Shown here: positions 9,145-18,358 of the stretch, piece by piece
Layout of the letters: each line of letters opens with the position of its first letter
How positions within the stretch are numbered: position 1 is the stretch's first letter
From: an uncultured beta proteobacterium
GTDB lineage: Bacteria > Pseudomonadota > Gammaproteobacteria > Burkholderiales > JACQAP01
Length of the DNA: 64,000 nt
Direction of reading: 5' to 3'
NCBI GenBank assembly: GCA_963789945.1
Contig: CAWBMN010000007.1
Span: 283,178-347,177, forward strand
Notes under the pieces: model-generated
Databases searched by the model: none
The model's input: only the letters and a program-made list of their open reading frames with translations
Told to the model about the DNA's origin: nothing
Position numbers and translations under genes: made by a program

Positions 9145-10251
9145 TTAGTCCTGCAGCAGCGTGCGCACGTACTGCGCGATCGCCATCGAAGCGGTGAGGC
9201 CCGGCGATTCGATGCCGTATAGATTCACCAGTCCGGAAACGCCGTGGTCTTTCGGCCCCTGGATCACGAAATCGGCGGCGGGCGCCCCTTCGCCCGAGAC
9301 CTTGGGGCGGATGCCGGTGTAACCGGGTTGAAGCTGGCCGTCCTTCAACCCCGGGTAATACTTGCGGATGGCACGGTAGAACAGCGGTTCGCGCGAGTGG
9401 TCGAAGCTGTAGTCAACTTTTTCAACCCAGCTTACGTCGGGACCGAAGCGCACCTGCCCGGCGAGATCCACCGTGACATGCACGCCCAGGTGAGCGCTGG
9501 TTGCGACCGGATATACCAGGCGCCTGAACGGCGGCTTACCCGACAACGTGTAGTAGTGGGCCTTGGCAAAGTACTGCGGCGGAATGCTCTGCGCGGGAAT
9601 GCCGCTGATCGAGCGCGCAACTTCCTGGGCAAACAGTCCGGCCGAGTTCACCACAGCGCTGCAGGCAATGGTCATGGGTTCGTCGCCGCCGACATCGAGC
9701 ACGATGCCATCATCGCCGGTTTCACCGGAGCGGACCGGGCTCTTGAACACCACGGCCGCGCCGTGATTCTGGGCGTCGCCCTGGTAGGCCAGCATCAGCG
9801 CATGGCTGTCCACGATTCCCGTGGACGGTGACAGGAATCCGGCAACGCATTCGACGTCCGGTTCCAGGTCTCGCAATTGCGCGCGTGACAGCCAGCGCAG
9901 GTCGGTCACGCCGTTGGCTTCGGCTTTGGCTACGTAACCCTTGAGTGGCTCGATCTCGTCGTCGCCCGCCGCAACCACGATCTTGCCTATGTTCCGGTGC
10001 GGCACGCCGCGCTCGCTGCAATAGGCGTAGAGCATCTGTTTCCCGGCGGTGCAGAAACGCGCCTTGAAAGAGCCTTTGCCGTAGTACAGGCCGGCATGGA
10101 TCACCTCGGAGTTGCGAGAGCTGGTGTGCGTACCGATCGTGTCAGCGGCTTCGATCACGATCACTTCGCGTCCATGGAGCGCGAGCTCGCGTGCAATCGC
10201 AAGCCCGACGATCCCGGCACCGATCACCGCGCAGTCAACGCGTTCAGTCAT
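9145..10251 (-). CDS. FAD-dependent oxidoreductase (L-2-hydroxyglutarate oxidase-like)
   Basis: 368 aa. It has an N-terminal dinucleotide fold (AVIGAGIVGLA) and SSRNSEVIHAGLYY. Confidence 0.78.
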   Translation of the reverse strand: MTERVDCAVIGAGIVGLAIARELALHGREVIVIEAADTIGTHTSSRNSEVIHAGLYYGKGSFKARFCTAGKQMLYAYCSERGVPHRNIGKIVVAAGDDEIEPLKGYVAKAEANGVTDLRWLSRAQLRDLEPDVECVAGFLSPSTGIVDSHALMLAYQGDAQNHGAAVVFKSPVRSGETGDDGIVLDVGGDEPMTIACSAVVNSAGLFAQEVARSISGIPAQSIPPQYFAKAHYYTLSGKPPFRRLVYPVATSAHLGVHVTVDLAGQVRFGPDVSWVEKVDYSFDHSREPLFYRAIRKYYPGLKDGQLQPGYTGIRPKVSGEGAPAADFVIQGPKDHGVSGLVNLYGIESPGLTASMAIAQYVRTLLQD

Positions 10252-10313
10252 GTTTGCAACGGGCGTGGATATACTGGAACGGCAATGTTAACCGATCACT
10301 TCTTTTCATCCGC

Positions 10314-11144
10314 ATGGCAGACTCCTGGAACACGGATTGGCTGACCCGCAGCGAGATGTTCGCGCCGCTGCGCCCGGTGGCGGCCGCCCTGCCGGCAATC
10401 GGCTGGCCGGACCTCGATATGCTCAACGCACTGGCGGCAGACCACGGCCGACGCATCGCCAACGCGCAGGGCCTGCGCGTGCGCTTTGTTCCCCAGGCGC
10501 CGAAGGCGCAATCATTCGAAGCCGCGTTCGAGCCGCGTGCCTATCTCAGGGGCGAGGTCCAGGTGCGGCCTTTCGACTGGCACGACCTGCTCAATTCGCT
10601 GGTGTGGGTGACGTTTCCGGCCACGAAAGCGGTGATCAATGCCCGGCACTACGAGTCCATGTCTGCCACGGGTAGGGGCAACCGCCCGCCGCAACGCGAT
10701 GCGCTGACCCTGTTCGACGAAGACGGCGTGGCGGTCATTTCCAGCGATGCGGAATTGCTCGAACTGGTGCGCGGCTTTCGCTGGAAGGAATTGTTCTGGC
10801 ACCGGCGCGGCGCCGTAAAGGAACGCATGCGCTTCTGCGTGTTCGGCCACGCGCTGTTCTCCAAGGCGCTGCAACCCTTCGTCGGGCTCACCGGAAAAGC
10901 CGTTCTGCTCGAGGTGCCCGGCGAATTCCTTGAACTGGCACAGGCGGTGCAACTGGCCGAGCTGGATCGCCTGCTGGCCATGCACATCCGGGACCGCGAA
11001 CGATTTCGCCACGGCAGGGAGCTGTCTCCGCTGCCGGTGCTGGGTGTGCCGGGCTGGTGGAACGGGAACGAGCGGGAGGGGTTCTACGACGATGCCGCGT
11101 ACTTCCGGCCGGGACGGCGTCAGACTACCGTGTCCTCCAGATAG
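10314..11144 (+). CDS. DUF3025-like conserved hypothetical protein
   Basis: I take the start at ATG 10314 (MADSWNTDW), which avoids overlap with the upstream gene. Conserved-looking segments are WHDLLNSLVWVTFPATKAVINARHY and RDALTLFDEDG. Confidence 0.6.
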   Translation: MADSWNTDWLTRSEMFAPLRPVAAALPAIGWPDLDMLNALAADHGRRIANAQGLRVRFVPQAPKAQSFEAAFEPRAYLRGEVQVRPFDWHDLLNSLVWVTFPATKAVINARHYESMSATGRGNRPPQRDALTLFDEDGVAVISSDAELLELVRGFRWKELFWHRRGAVKERMRFCVFGHALFSKALQPFVGLTGKAVLLEVPGEFLELAQAVQLAELDRLLAMHIRDRERFRHGRELSPLPVLGVPGWWNGNEREGFYDDAAYFRPGRRQTTVSSR

Positions 11145-12187
11145 GACACCACGCGGTTGCGGCCCTTCTGCTTGGCGCGATACATCGCCTTGTCGGCCTT
11201 TTCGAGGATCACATCCAGATTGCCGCCGTCCTCGGGGTAGCTCGCCACCCCCAGACTGGCCGTCACGTTGGTGTCGCCGTCGCGCACGTTGAAACGCGAC
11301 AACTCGACTGACTTGCGAATGCGCTCGGACATTTCCAACGCACCCTTGTTGTTGGTCTCCGGCAGCAGCAGGATGAACTCGTCGCCGCCGAAGCGCGCCA
11401 TGACGTCGGAGCCGCGCAACTGTTCGCGAATGCAGCGTACCAGGTGCTGCAGCAGGCGGTTGCCGGCTTCGTGGCCATGCGCGTCATTGATCTGCTTCAG
11501 ATTGTCCGAGTCGATCATCACCACCGACAGCGGATGCCCATAGCGTACCGCCTGCTTGAAGGATCGCTGCAGCATGGTCGAGAAGGCGCGCATGTTGTAC
11601 AGGCCGGTGAGTTCGTCGGTGTCCGACACCTGCTTGATCTTGTCCACGGCGAAACGGATATCGGCGGAGAGCATGGTGGTGATGTAGGCCACCAGGATCA
11701 TCGGCGAGGACATCGCCATGATCTCGCCCCAGTAGCGCATTGACAGCAGCGTCTTTAACCCCGGATCGTAGGCAAAGTACATGAAGCAGCCGACGATCGC
11801 CGCAACTTCGATGGCGGTCAACAGCTTGCCGAAAATCAGCGCGCTGGCAATGATCGGCAACAGGTAGAGATTGAGCAGCGGGCTGTGGATTCTGCCCGTG
11901 TACAGCACCACCCAGGTAATGAAGACGATCATCACCCAGGTCTCGACCAGCAGCTTGGGCCGCGACTCCTCCTTGTAGAACTGGACGTAATGCAGGCCGA
12001 GGATGAACGCGGCAAAGAAAAACAGCGCCATGTTCAGCGCGATGCTGCCCTCGCCCGGCGGTTCGCCGGCGAGCAGGTACACCAGGACCAACGCGAGCAG
12101 CAGCCATTCGATCTCGGCTATCGTCCGCGAAAAGCCCTTGAGCTCGTCCTGTTCGATCGTGAGACCGAGGTTGGTTCTTGTTAGCAT
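11120..12187 (-). CDS. Membrane-anchored diguanylate cyclase (GGDEF domain)
   Basis: 355 aa. The N-terminal half is multi-pass hydrophobic; the C-terminal half has DELTGLYNMRAF ... ARFGGDEFILLL. Confidence 0.9.
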   Translation of the reverse strand: MLTRTNLGLTIEQDELKGFSRTIAEIEWLLLALVLVYLLAGEPPGEGSIALNMALFFFAAFILGLHYVQFYKEESRPKLLVETWVMIVFITWVVLYTGRIHSPLLNLYLLPIIASALIFGKLLTAIEVAAIVGCFMYFAYDPGLKTLLSMRYWGEIMAMSSPMILVAYITTMLSADIRFAVDKIKQVSDTDELTGLYNMRAFSTMLQRSFKQAVRYGHPLSVVMIDSDNLKQINDAHGHEAGNRLLQHLVRCIREQLRGSDVMARFGGDEFILLLPETNNKGALEMSERIRKSVELSRFNVRDGDTNVTASLGVASYPEDGGNLDVILEKADKAMYRAKQKGRNRVVSYLEDTVV

Positions 12188-12333
12188 TAGGCGGGGCCGG
12201 GGTCCATGGATGGAGGGCCGCAGGGGCCGGAAAACTGCGGTAAGACTAAACGGTTTCGGCGGCGAGTTCCATAGGTGGCGCGCGGCTTACGGCAAGCCGC
12301 CGCCGCAGATCGTCCAACGGGGAGGTTTGAAAA

Positions 12334-13512
12334 ATGATGCGATCAGTCGGCGGAGACCTGGTTCGGCACGCGCTTCTTCGAGTAGCGATTGCGGCGATAT
12401 TCGTGGCGATAGCGCCGCCCGCAATCGCCGGCCCGGTCTATTTCCCCGGTGCCCAATGGGAGCGCCGCGCGCCTGCAGCGGCGGGATTCGACCCGGCGGC
12501 CCTGGAGGAGGCCATACGTTACGCGCAGCAGAACGAGGCGCCGTGGGAGCGCGACGTCTTCAAGCAGATTCAGAAAGACGTGGCCAACGAGCCCTATCCG
12601 GCGATCCTCGGCGAGACCAGGGAGCGCGGCGGCCCCGCCGGAATGATCGTTCGCCATGGGTACCTCGTGGCTCAGTGGGGCGACATCGACCGCGTGGACA
12701 TGAGTTTCAGCGTGGCAAAGAGCTACCTGTCAACAGTAGCCGGATTGGCCGTCGATGCCGGGCTAATCGCCGATGTGAAGGATCGCGTGGCCGACTATGT
12801 GCAGGACGGCGGATTCGACGACAAACGCAATCGCGAGGTGACCTGGCACATGCTGCTCAATCAGACCAGCGAATGGGAGGGCACGCTATGGGACAAGCCG
12901 GACGTCGCTGACCGTCGCAAGGGCTATGACCGCAAGCTGCAGTCGCCCGGCACATTCTGGGAGTACAACGACGTGCGCGTGAACCGGTTGGCGCTCGCAT
13001 TGCTGCGCGTATACCAGCGGCCGCTGCCGGAAGTGCTCAAGGAAAAAGTGATGGACCCGATCGGTGCTTCGGATACCTGGGTCTGGCACGGCTACCGCAA
13101 TTCCTATGTCGAGATCGGTGGCAGGCGCGTGCAGTCTGTGAGCGGAGGCAGCCACTGGGGCGGCGGATTCTGGGCCAGTGCTCGCGACCACGCCCGCTTC
13201 GGTTACCTGCTGCTGCGACGCGGGGAATGGGATGGCAGGCGCATACTGTCAGAACGCTGGGTGGACATGGCGACTCAGCCCACTGACATCGCCCCGCACT
13301 ACGGATACCTGTGGTGGTTGTCCCGAAACCGGCGCGGAATTTTTCCCGGCGCGCCCGAGTCGAGTTTCTTTGCCCTGGGCTCGGGCGGCAACATGATCTG
13401 GATTGCGCCGGAGTACGATCTGGTGGTGGTCACTCGATGGCTGGACATCCCCAAGCTGGACGGATTCATCACGCGGGTGGGCGAGGCGCTGCAGGCAGAA
13501 GCAAAAAACTGA
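12334..13512 (+). CDS. Secreted serine hydrolase (beta-lactamase/transpeptidase-like fold)
   Basis: 392 aa with a signal peptide and the SxxK motif SVAKS. There is a GGAGG-like RBS before the ATG. Confidence 0.72.
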   Translation: MMRSVGGDLVRHALLRVAIAAIFVAIAPPAIAGPVYFPGAQWERRAPAAAGFDPAALEEAIRYAQQNEAPWERDVFKQIQKDVANEPYPAILGETRERGGPAGMIVRHGYLVAQWGDIDRVDMSFSVAKSYLSTVAGLAVDAGLIADVKDRVADYVQDGGFDDKRNREVTWHMLLNQTSEWEGTLWDKPDVADRRKGYDRKLQSPGTFWEYNDVRVNRLALALLRVYQRPLPEVLKEKVMDPIGASDTWVWHGYRNSYVEIGGRRVQSVSGGSHWGGGFWASARDHARFGYLLLRRGEWDGRRILSERWVDMATQPTDIAPHYGYLWWLSRNRRGIFPGAPESSFFALGSGGNMIWIAPEYDLVVVTRWLDIPKLDGFITRVGEALQAEAKN

Positions 13513-13566
13513 ATCCTGATTTCCAGTGGATTAACTGAGCGTCCCCGGTCAATGAGCCGGCCCGGG

Positions 13567-13595
13567 TTGACTTGTGGAAGCTCAGTCTCTACACT
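13567..13595 (+). promoter_or_regulatory. Candidate sigma-70 promoter of the rubrerythrin gene
   Basis: TTGACT (13567-13572), a 17-nt spacer, then TACACT (13590-13595), about 100 nt upstream of the ATG. Confidence 0.45.
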
Positions 13596-13605
13596 CGGTA
13601 TACAG

Positions 13606-13622
13606 ATTAGAGTTAGTCTAAT
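13606..13622. promoter_or_regulatory. Candidate operator palindrome downstream of the rubrerythrin -10
   Basis: ATTAGAGTTAGTCTAAT has ATTAGA/TCTAAT arms in a 7-1-7-like layout, as in Fur/PerR-family boxes. It lies 11-27 nt after the putative -10. Confidence 0.3.
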
Positions 13623-13695
13623 TCCTGTGCCGGAGCTGGAAATCCCAGGCTCCGGTATATCCGCAACCGATTCGATTCACTGTACGGAGGCCAAG

Positions 13696-14118
13696 ATGAA
13701 AGCACTGAAAGGTTCGAAGACCGAAAAAAGCTTGAAGGACGCGTTTGCCGGCGAATCACAGGCCAACCGCCGCTACCTGTATTTCGCAGCGAAAGCCGAC
13801 GTGGAAGGCCAGAACGACGTCGCTGCGGTGTTCCGCTCCACCGCCGAAGGCGAAACCGGTCATGCGCACGGCCATCTCGAGTACCTCGAAGCGGTGGGCG
13901 ACCCGGCAACCGGCCTGCCGATCGGCAAGTCGCGCGACAACCTGAAAGCGGCGATTGCCGGCGAGACCCACGAGTACACCGACATGTACCCCGGCATGGC
14001 CAAGGCCGCGCGCGACGAGGGCTTCGACGAAATCGCCGACTGGTTCGAGACCCTGGCCAAGGCGGAGCGCTCGCACGCCAACCGTTTCCAGAAGGCCCTG
14101 GACGCTCTGGCTGACTGA
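13696..14118 (+). CDS. Rubrerythrin-family diiron protein (no rubredoxin domain)
   Basis: 140 aa from ATG 13696. It has paired ExxH-type ligand segments: [13 protein letters not shown] and AERSHANRF. Confidence 0.9.
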   Translation: MKALKGSKTEKSLKDAFAGESQANRRYLYFAAKADVEGQNDVAAVFRSTAEGETGHAHGHLEYLEAVGDPATGLPIGKSRDNLKAAIAGETHEYTDMYPGMAKAARDEGFDEIADWFETLAKAERSHANRFQKALDALAD

Positions 14119-14305
14119 AGTAGCAAGGCGAAAGGATGAAGGCGGAGGGTGGAAGGATGAAGAGCAAGGCGTAAGGATGAAGTAGGAAAGGTGAAGTCTG
14201 GAGTGGCGAAGCGCACCATTTGCTTCCGCCTTCGTCCTTCGTCCTTCATCCTTCATCCCTCATCCCTCATCCCTCATCCCTCATCCCTCATCCTTCATCC
14301 TTGTA
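14117..14305. repeat. Foldback element E3 (GGATGAAGG / CCTTCAT units)
   Basis: The left arm has AAGGATGAAG at 14132, 14153 and 14173 (20-21 nt period). The spacer is about 32 bp. The right arm has 11 tandem heptamers CCYTCRT at 14229-14305. The element starts at the rubrerythrin stop and ends 3 nt before ATG 14309. Confidence 0.9.
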
Positions 14306-14308
14306 TCT

Positions 14309-15657
14309 ATGACTGTTCGCGAAGGCAGCCTGGAGGCGCCCACCCGGCATCCGCTCGACTGGAAGTCGGCGGACTTCTACGACGAAGACAAGGTGTTCGA
14401 TGAACTGCACCGCGTCTTCGACATCTGTCACGGCTGCCGCCGCTGCGTGAATCTGTGCACCGCGTTTCCGACGCTGTTCGACCTGATCGACGAAAGCAAG
14501 ACGCGGGAGGTCGACGGGGTGGCGAAGCCGGATCTACTGGAAGGTCGTCGACCAGTGCTACCTGTGCGACATGTGCTACATGACCAAGTGTCCGTACGTG
14601 CCGCCGCATCCCTGGAACGTGGATTTCCCGCACCTGATGCTGCGCGCCAAGGCGGTCAAGTTCAAGAAGGGCGAGACCAGGTTTCGCGACAAGCTGCTCT
14701 CCAGCACCGACGCCATGGGCAAGCTCGCCACGATTCCGGTGGTGGTGCAGGTCGTCAATGCCGTCAACAAGAACAGCGCCGCGCGCACGGTCATGGAATC
14801 GGTGCTGGGCGTGCACAAGGACCGCGTGCTGCCCGAGTACGAGCAGCGCCAGGTTCCGCAGTCGACGCGAAGCCGGACGCCTCCTTTCCGGTGCAGGGAC
14901 GGCAAGAACACCCCGGGCAAGGTGGCGATCTTCTCGACCTGTTACGTGAACTACAACGAGCCCGGCATCGGGCCACGATCTGCTGAAGATGCTCGCGCAC
15001 AACGAGGTGCCGGCCATCGTCGTCGAGAAGGAAGCCTGTTGCGGCATGCCCAAGCTCGAGCTGGGCGATCTGGAGGCGGTGCGCAAGCAAGGAGGTCAAT
15101 ATCCCGGTGCTGGCGAAGCTCGCGCGCGAGGGCTACGCGATCCTCACCGCGGTGCCGTCGTGCACGCTGATGTTCAAGCAGGAACTGCCGCTGATGTTCC
15201 CGGACGACGCCGACGTGAAGGCGGTGCAGGAGGCGATGTTCGATCCGTTCGAGTATCTGGTGCTGCGCCACAAGGACGGCCTGCTCAAGACCGATTTCAA
15301 GAAGCCGCTGGGCAAGGTTTCCTATCACGTTGCCTGCCACCTGCGGGTGCAGAACATGGGGCAGAAGACGCGCGAGACTGCTGGAGATGGTGCCGCGACA
15401 CCCAGGTCACCACGGTCGAGCGCTGCGCCGGCCACGACGGCACCTGGGGCGTAAAGAAGGAGTACTTCGACGAATCGATGAAGATCGGCCGCCCGGTGTT
15501 CCGCCAGATGGCGGAGGCCGAGCCCGATTACGTCAGCTCGGATTGCGCCATCGCCGGCCGCCACATCCAGCAGGGCATGGGCGACAGCGGATTGGACAAG
15601 GGCAAGGCGGAGAAGCAGCACCCGATCACACTGATCCGCATCGCCTACGGTCTGTAA
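14309..15657 (+). pseudogene. (Fe-S)-binding oxidoreductase (heterodisulfide reductase/GlpC-like) interrupted by five +1 frameshifts
   Basis: The protein is recoverable by joining ORF-track frames 14309, 14571, 14989, 15107, 15330 and back to the 14989 frame. Segments are ICHGCRRCVNLC, YWKVVDQCYLCDMCYMTKCPYVPPHPW, STCYVNYNEPGIG, EKEACCGMP, VPSCTLMFKQE, YHVACHLRVQNMG, VERCAGHDGTWG and SSDCAIAG. Breaks are near 14534, 14974, 15091, 15379 and 15396. Confidence 0.8.
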
Positions 15658-15692
15658 AGTCCGGGATGTTGCCGACAGTGAATAAGTCAGAG

Positions 15693-16281
15693 ATGGCTGC
15701 CATTACCGCCGACAGCCTGATGACGCTCGAAGCCTACGCCAAGGCGCGCCCGGAATTCCGCGCCAAAGTGATGGCGCACAAGAAGAATCGCACGGTCCAG
15801 CTCGGCGAGCACGTCACGCTGATATTCGAGGACGAACTCACCATCCGCTACCAGATCCAGGAGATGCTGCGCGTCGAGCGCATTTTCGAGGAGGCGGGCA
15901 TCGAGGACGAGCTCGATGCCTACAACCCGCTCGTCCCCGACGGCAGCAACTGGAAGGCCACGATGATGATCGAGTATCCCGACGTCGAGGAGCGCGCGGT
16001 TGCGCTCGCGAAACTGATCGGCATCGAGGACCGGGTCTGGGTCAGGTCGCGGGCCAGCCGCGCGTCTATGCGATTGCCGACGAGGATCTGGAGCGCGAGA
16101 ACGAGGAAAAGACCTCCTCGGTGCATTTCCTGCGCTTCGAACTCGACGCCGCCGATGAAGCGGGCGCTGAAACGACGGAGCCGTCCTTGCCGTCGGCGTC
16201 GACCATCCCAAGTACAACGCAACGGTTGACGCGGTCGCTGCCGGTGTCAGGAGTTCGTTGCTCAACGACCTCGTTCTTTAG
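15693..16281 (+). pseudogene. DUF3501-family protein interrupted by three frameshifts
   Basis: MAAITADSLMTLEAYAKARPEFRAKVMAHKKNRTVQLGEHVTLIFEDELTIRYQIQEML continues in other frames as QVAGQPRVYAIADEDLERENEEKTSSVHFLRFEL, MKRALK and DGAVLAVGVDHPKYNATVDAVAAGVRSSLLNDLVL, then stop 16279-16281. Breaks are near 16043 (-1), 16160 (+1) and 16180 (+1). Confidence 0.7.
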
Positions 16282-16307
16282 AATCCTGCCGGCAGCAAGT
16301 ACAATGA

Positions 16308-16336
16308 GCGGCAGCCTTTCCGGCTGCCGCTTTTTT
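16308..16336 (+). terminator. Rho-independent terminator after the DUF3501 gene
   Basis: GCGGCAGCC-TTTCC-GGCTGCCGC followed by TTTTTT. Confidence 0.8.
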
Positions 16337-16361
16337 GAACCGACTGCTTCGGAGGAACGCC

Positions 16362-17567
16362 ATGCTGGTAGCGCCCATGATCGGCATGCTTGAGGATCGC
16401 CTGAGGCGACTCGACCTGCCGCTGAGCCTTACGCTCTGGAACGGCAGGATTATTCAGTCCGGCGACAGCCCGGAACTGCGCCTGACCGTGCGCTCGCCGC
16501 AGGCATTGGTGTCGCTTATCAAGCCCAGCCTGGGTAAGCTCGCCAAGAGCTACGTTGAGGGCGATCTCGACCTCGAGGGCGACATTCGCGAATCGATGCG
16601 CATCGGCGAGCAACTGGTGGCCGGAGATGCCGGAGCCTACCGCAAGCGCTCGGACATCTGGAAGTGGTGGCGGCATACCCGTCCCGCCGACCGCAAGGCC
16701 ATCCAGCATCACTACGACGTGGGCAACGAGTTCTTCGGCCTCTGGCTGGACCGGAATCGGGTCTACTCCTGCGCCTATTTCAGGACGCCCGACGATTCTC
16801 TCGATCTCGCGCAGGAACAGAAGCTCGAACTCATCTGCCGCAAGCTCGACCTGAAGCCTGGGGAACGTTTCCTCGACATCGGCTGCGGCTGGGGCGGACT
16901 TGTGTTGTGGGCCACACAGCACCATGGAGTAAAGGCGCTCGGAATCACGCTCTCACAAGAGCAGCATGCATATGCGACCGAGCGCATCGGCGCGCTGGGA
17001 CTCGAAGGCCGCTGCGAAGTGCGAATGATGGACTATCGTGACGTGCCGGAGGATCAGCCGTTCGACAAGGTCGCGAGCGTCGGCATGTTTGAGCACGTGG
17101 GCAAGCGCAATCTGCCAGAGTACTTCGGCAAGATTTACCGGCTGCTCAAGCCGGGCGGGATGGTTATGAACCACGGCATCACCACAAATTCACTCGAGGA
17201 CGGCGCACTTGCCAGCGGCATCGGCGAGTTCGTCGAAGAGTACGTCTTTCCCGGGGGCGAACTGGTGCATATTTCGCGGGTCCTGGGCGCGATGTCGCAG
17301 CAGGGGCTGGAGGCCTGGGACGCGGAGTGCCTGCGGCCTCACTATGCGAAGACGCTCTGGCACTGGGTGAGCAGGCTGGAGGCGCGCCAGGAAGAGGCGC
17401 GCAGGATCGTGGGTGAAAAACGCTTCCGCATCTGGCGCATCTACATGGCCGGGTCGGCGCACGCGTTCGACCGCGGCTGGATCTCGATTTTCCAGATTCT
17501 CGGGACCAAGCCTCTCACCGACGGCTCGGTGCCCTATCCGCTTACCCGCGAGCACGTATACAGATGA
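16362..17567 (+). CDS. cfa: Cyclopropane-fatty-acyl-phospholipid synthase family methyltransferase
   Basis: ATG 16362 is preceded by GGAGG. The protein contains HYDVGNEFFGLWLD and the SAM motif LDIGCGWGG. Confidence 0.85.
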   Translation: MLVAPMIGMLEDRLRRLDLPLSLTLWNGRIIQSGDSPELRLTVRSPQALVSLIKPSLGKLAKSYVEGDLDLEGDIRESMRIGEQLVAGDAGAYRKRSDIWKWWRHTRPADRKAIQHHYDVGNEFFGLWLDRNRVYSCAYFRTPDDSLDLAQEQKLELICRKLDLKPGERFLDIGCGWGGLVLWATQHHGVKALGITLSQEQHAYATERIGALGLEGRCEVRMMDYRDVPEDQPFDKVASVGMFEHVGKRNLPEYFGKIYRLLKPGGMVMNHGITTNSLEDGALASGIGEFVEEYVFPGGELVHISRVLGAMSQQGLEAWDAECLRPHYAKTLWHWVSRLEARQEEARRIVGEKRFRIWRIYMAGSAHAFDRGWISIFQILGTKPLTDGSVPYPLTREHVYR

Positions 17568-17573
17568 AGGCGC

Positions 17574-18152
17574 ATGACGCAGCAACGATCACTTCTTAGT
17601 GGTTCGTCCCGGCTGGCTGCGTCGGTCCTGTCGCTCGGACTCGTGCTGGGCGGCAGTGGTGCCACATTGGCCTGGCAACGCGGCAATCCCGAGAACATCG
17701 GCGGCGTGCCCGAGGAGAAGCCATTCAAGGAAGACGCGCTGAACCTTCCCGCCTATCCGGATGATGCCGCCCTGATCGAAGTCCGGCCGAGAGGCCATTC
17801 GCAGAACCGGTTCTACGTCGATCGCAATTCCGTATCGCTAGGCACGGACTGGGTGGTGCGCTACACGGCGGTCATCAAATCACCCTCCGGTGCGGCCAAC
17901 GTCAGTTACGAAGGCATGCGCTGCAAGACGTCGGAGTACAAGGTGTACGCGTACGGCACGCGGGAGCGAACCTGGGCGGATGCTCGCCAGCCCAAATGGC
18001 AGGATATTGACGGCACCACAGCCAATTTCCGTTACTCGTTGTCGGTTGACTATCTTTGCGACAGCGAGGCCGTCGGAGGGCGAAACGCGAAAGAACTCAT
18101 TGTCAAGCTCAAAGGCGATCGGCTCAACAACTTCGATATGAAGCAACGGTAG
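17574..18152 (+). CDS. CNP1-like periplasmic/lipoprotein family protein
   Basis: 192 aa with a signal-like N-terminus. It contains FYVDRNSVSLGTDWVVRYTAVIKSPSGAANVSYEGMRCKTSEYKVYAYG, as in CNP1-like proteins. Confidence 0.65.
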   Translation: MTQQRSLLSGSSRLAASVLSLGLVLGGSGATLAWQRGNPENIGGVPEEKPFKEDALNLPAYPDDAALIEVRPRGHSQNRFYVDRNSVSLGTDWVVRYTAVIKSPSGAANVSYEGMRCKTSEYKVYAYGTRERTWADARQPKWQDIDGTTANFRYSLSVDYLCDSEAVGGRNAKELIVKLKGDRLNNFDMKQR

Positions 18153-18168
18153 GTCGACCGCCCGGCAG

Positions 18169-18293
18169 GTTGCTGCAGTTACAGCAATACCAAATTGCAG
18201 TTCCGGCACGCTCTGCGAGCTTAACCTGACCGCTGTCTGCGATCAGGTTAGCCTGCACTGCAATCGCGTGCTGCTAAAGCAGCACAAGATTGT
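18169..18293. repeat. Copy A of a ~125-bp direct repeat (pseudo 3' end of proB plus downstream hairpins)
   Basis: The core 18195-18293 is about 90% identical to 18383-18481. It carries two hairpins: TAACCTGACCG...CGATCAGGTTA and GTGCTGCT-AA-AGCAGCAC. Confidence 0.85.
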
Positions 18294-18358
18294 GGCTCCG
18301 GCCGCGCCTGCGGCGCTTAACGTCGGCTACGCAGACATTAGCCTACGCCGCAACCTCG

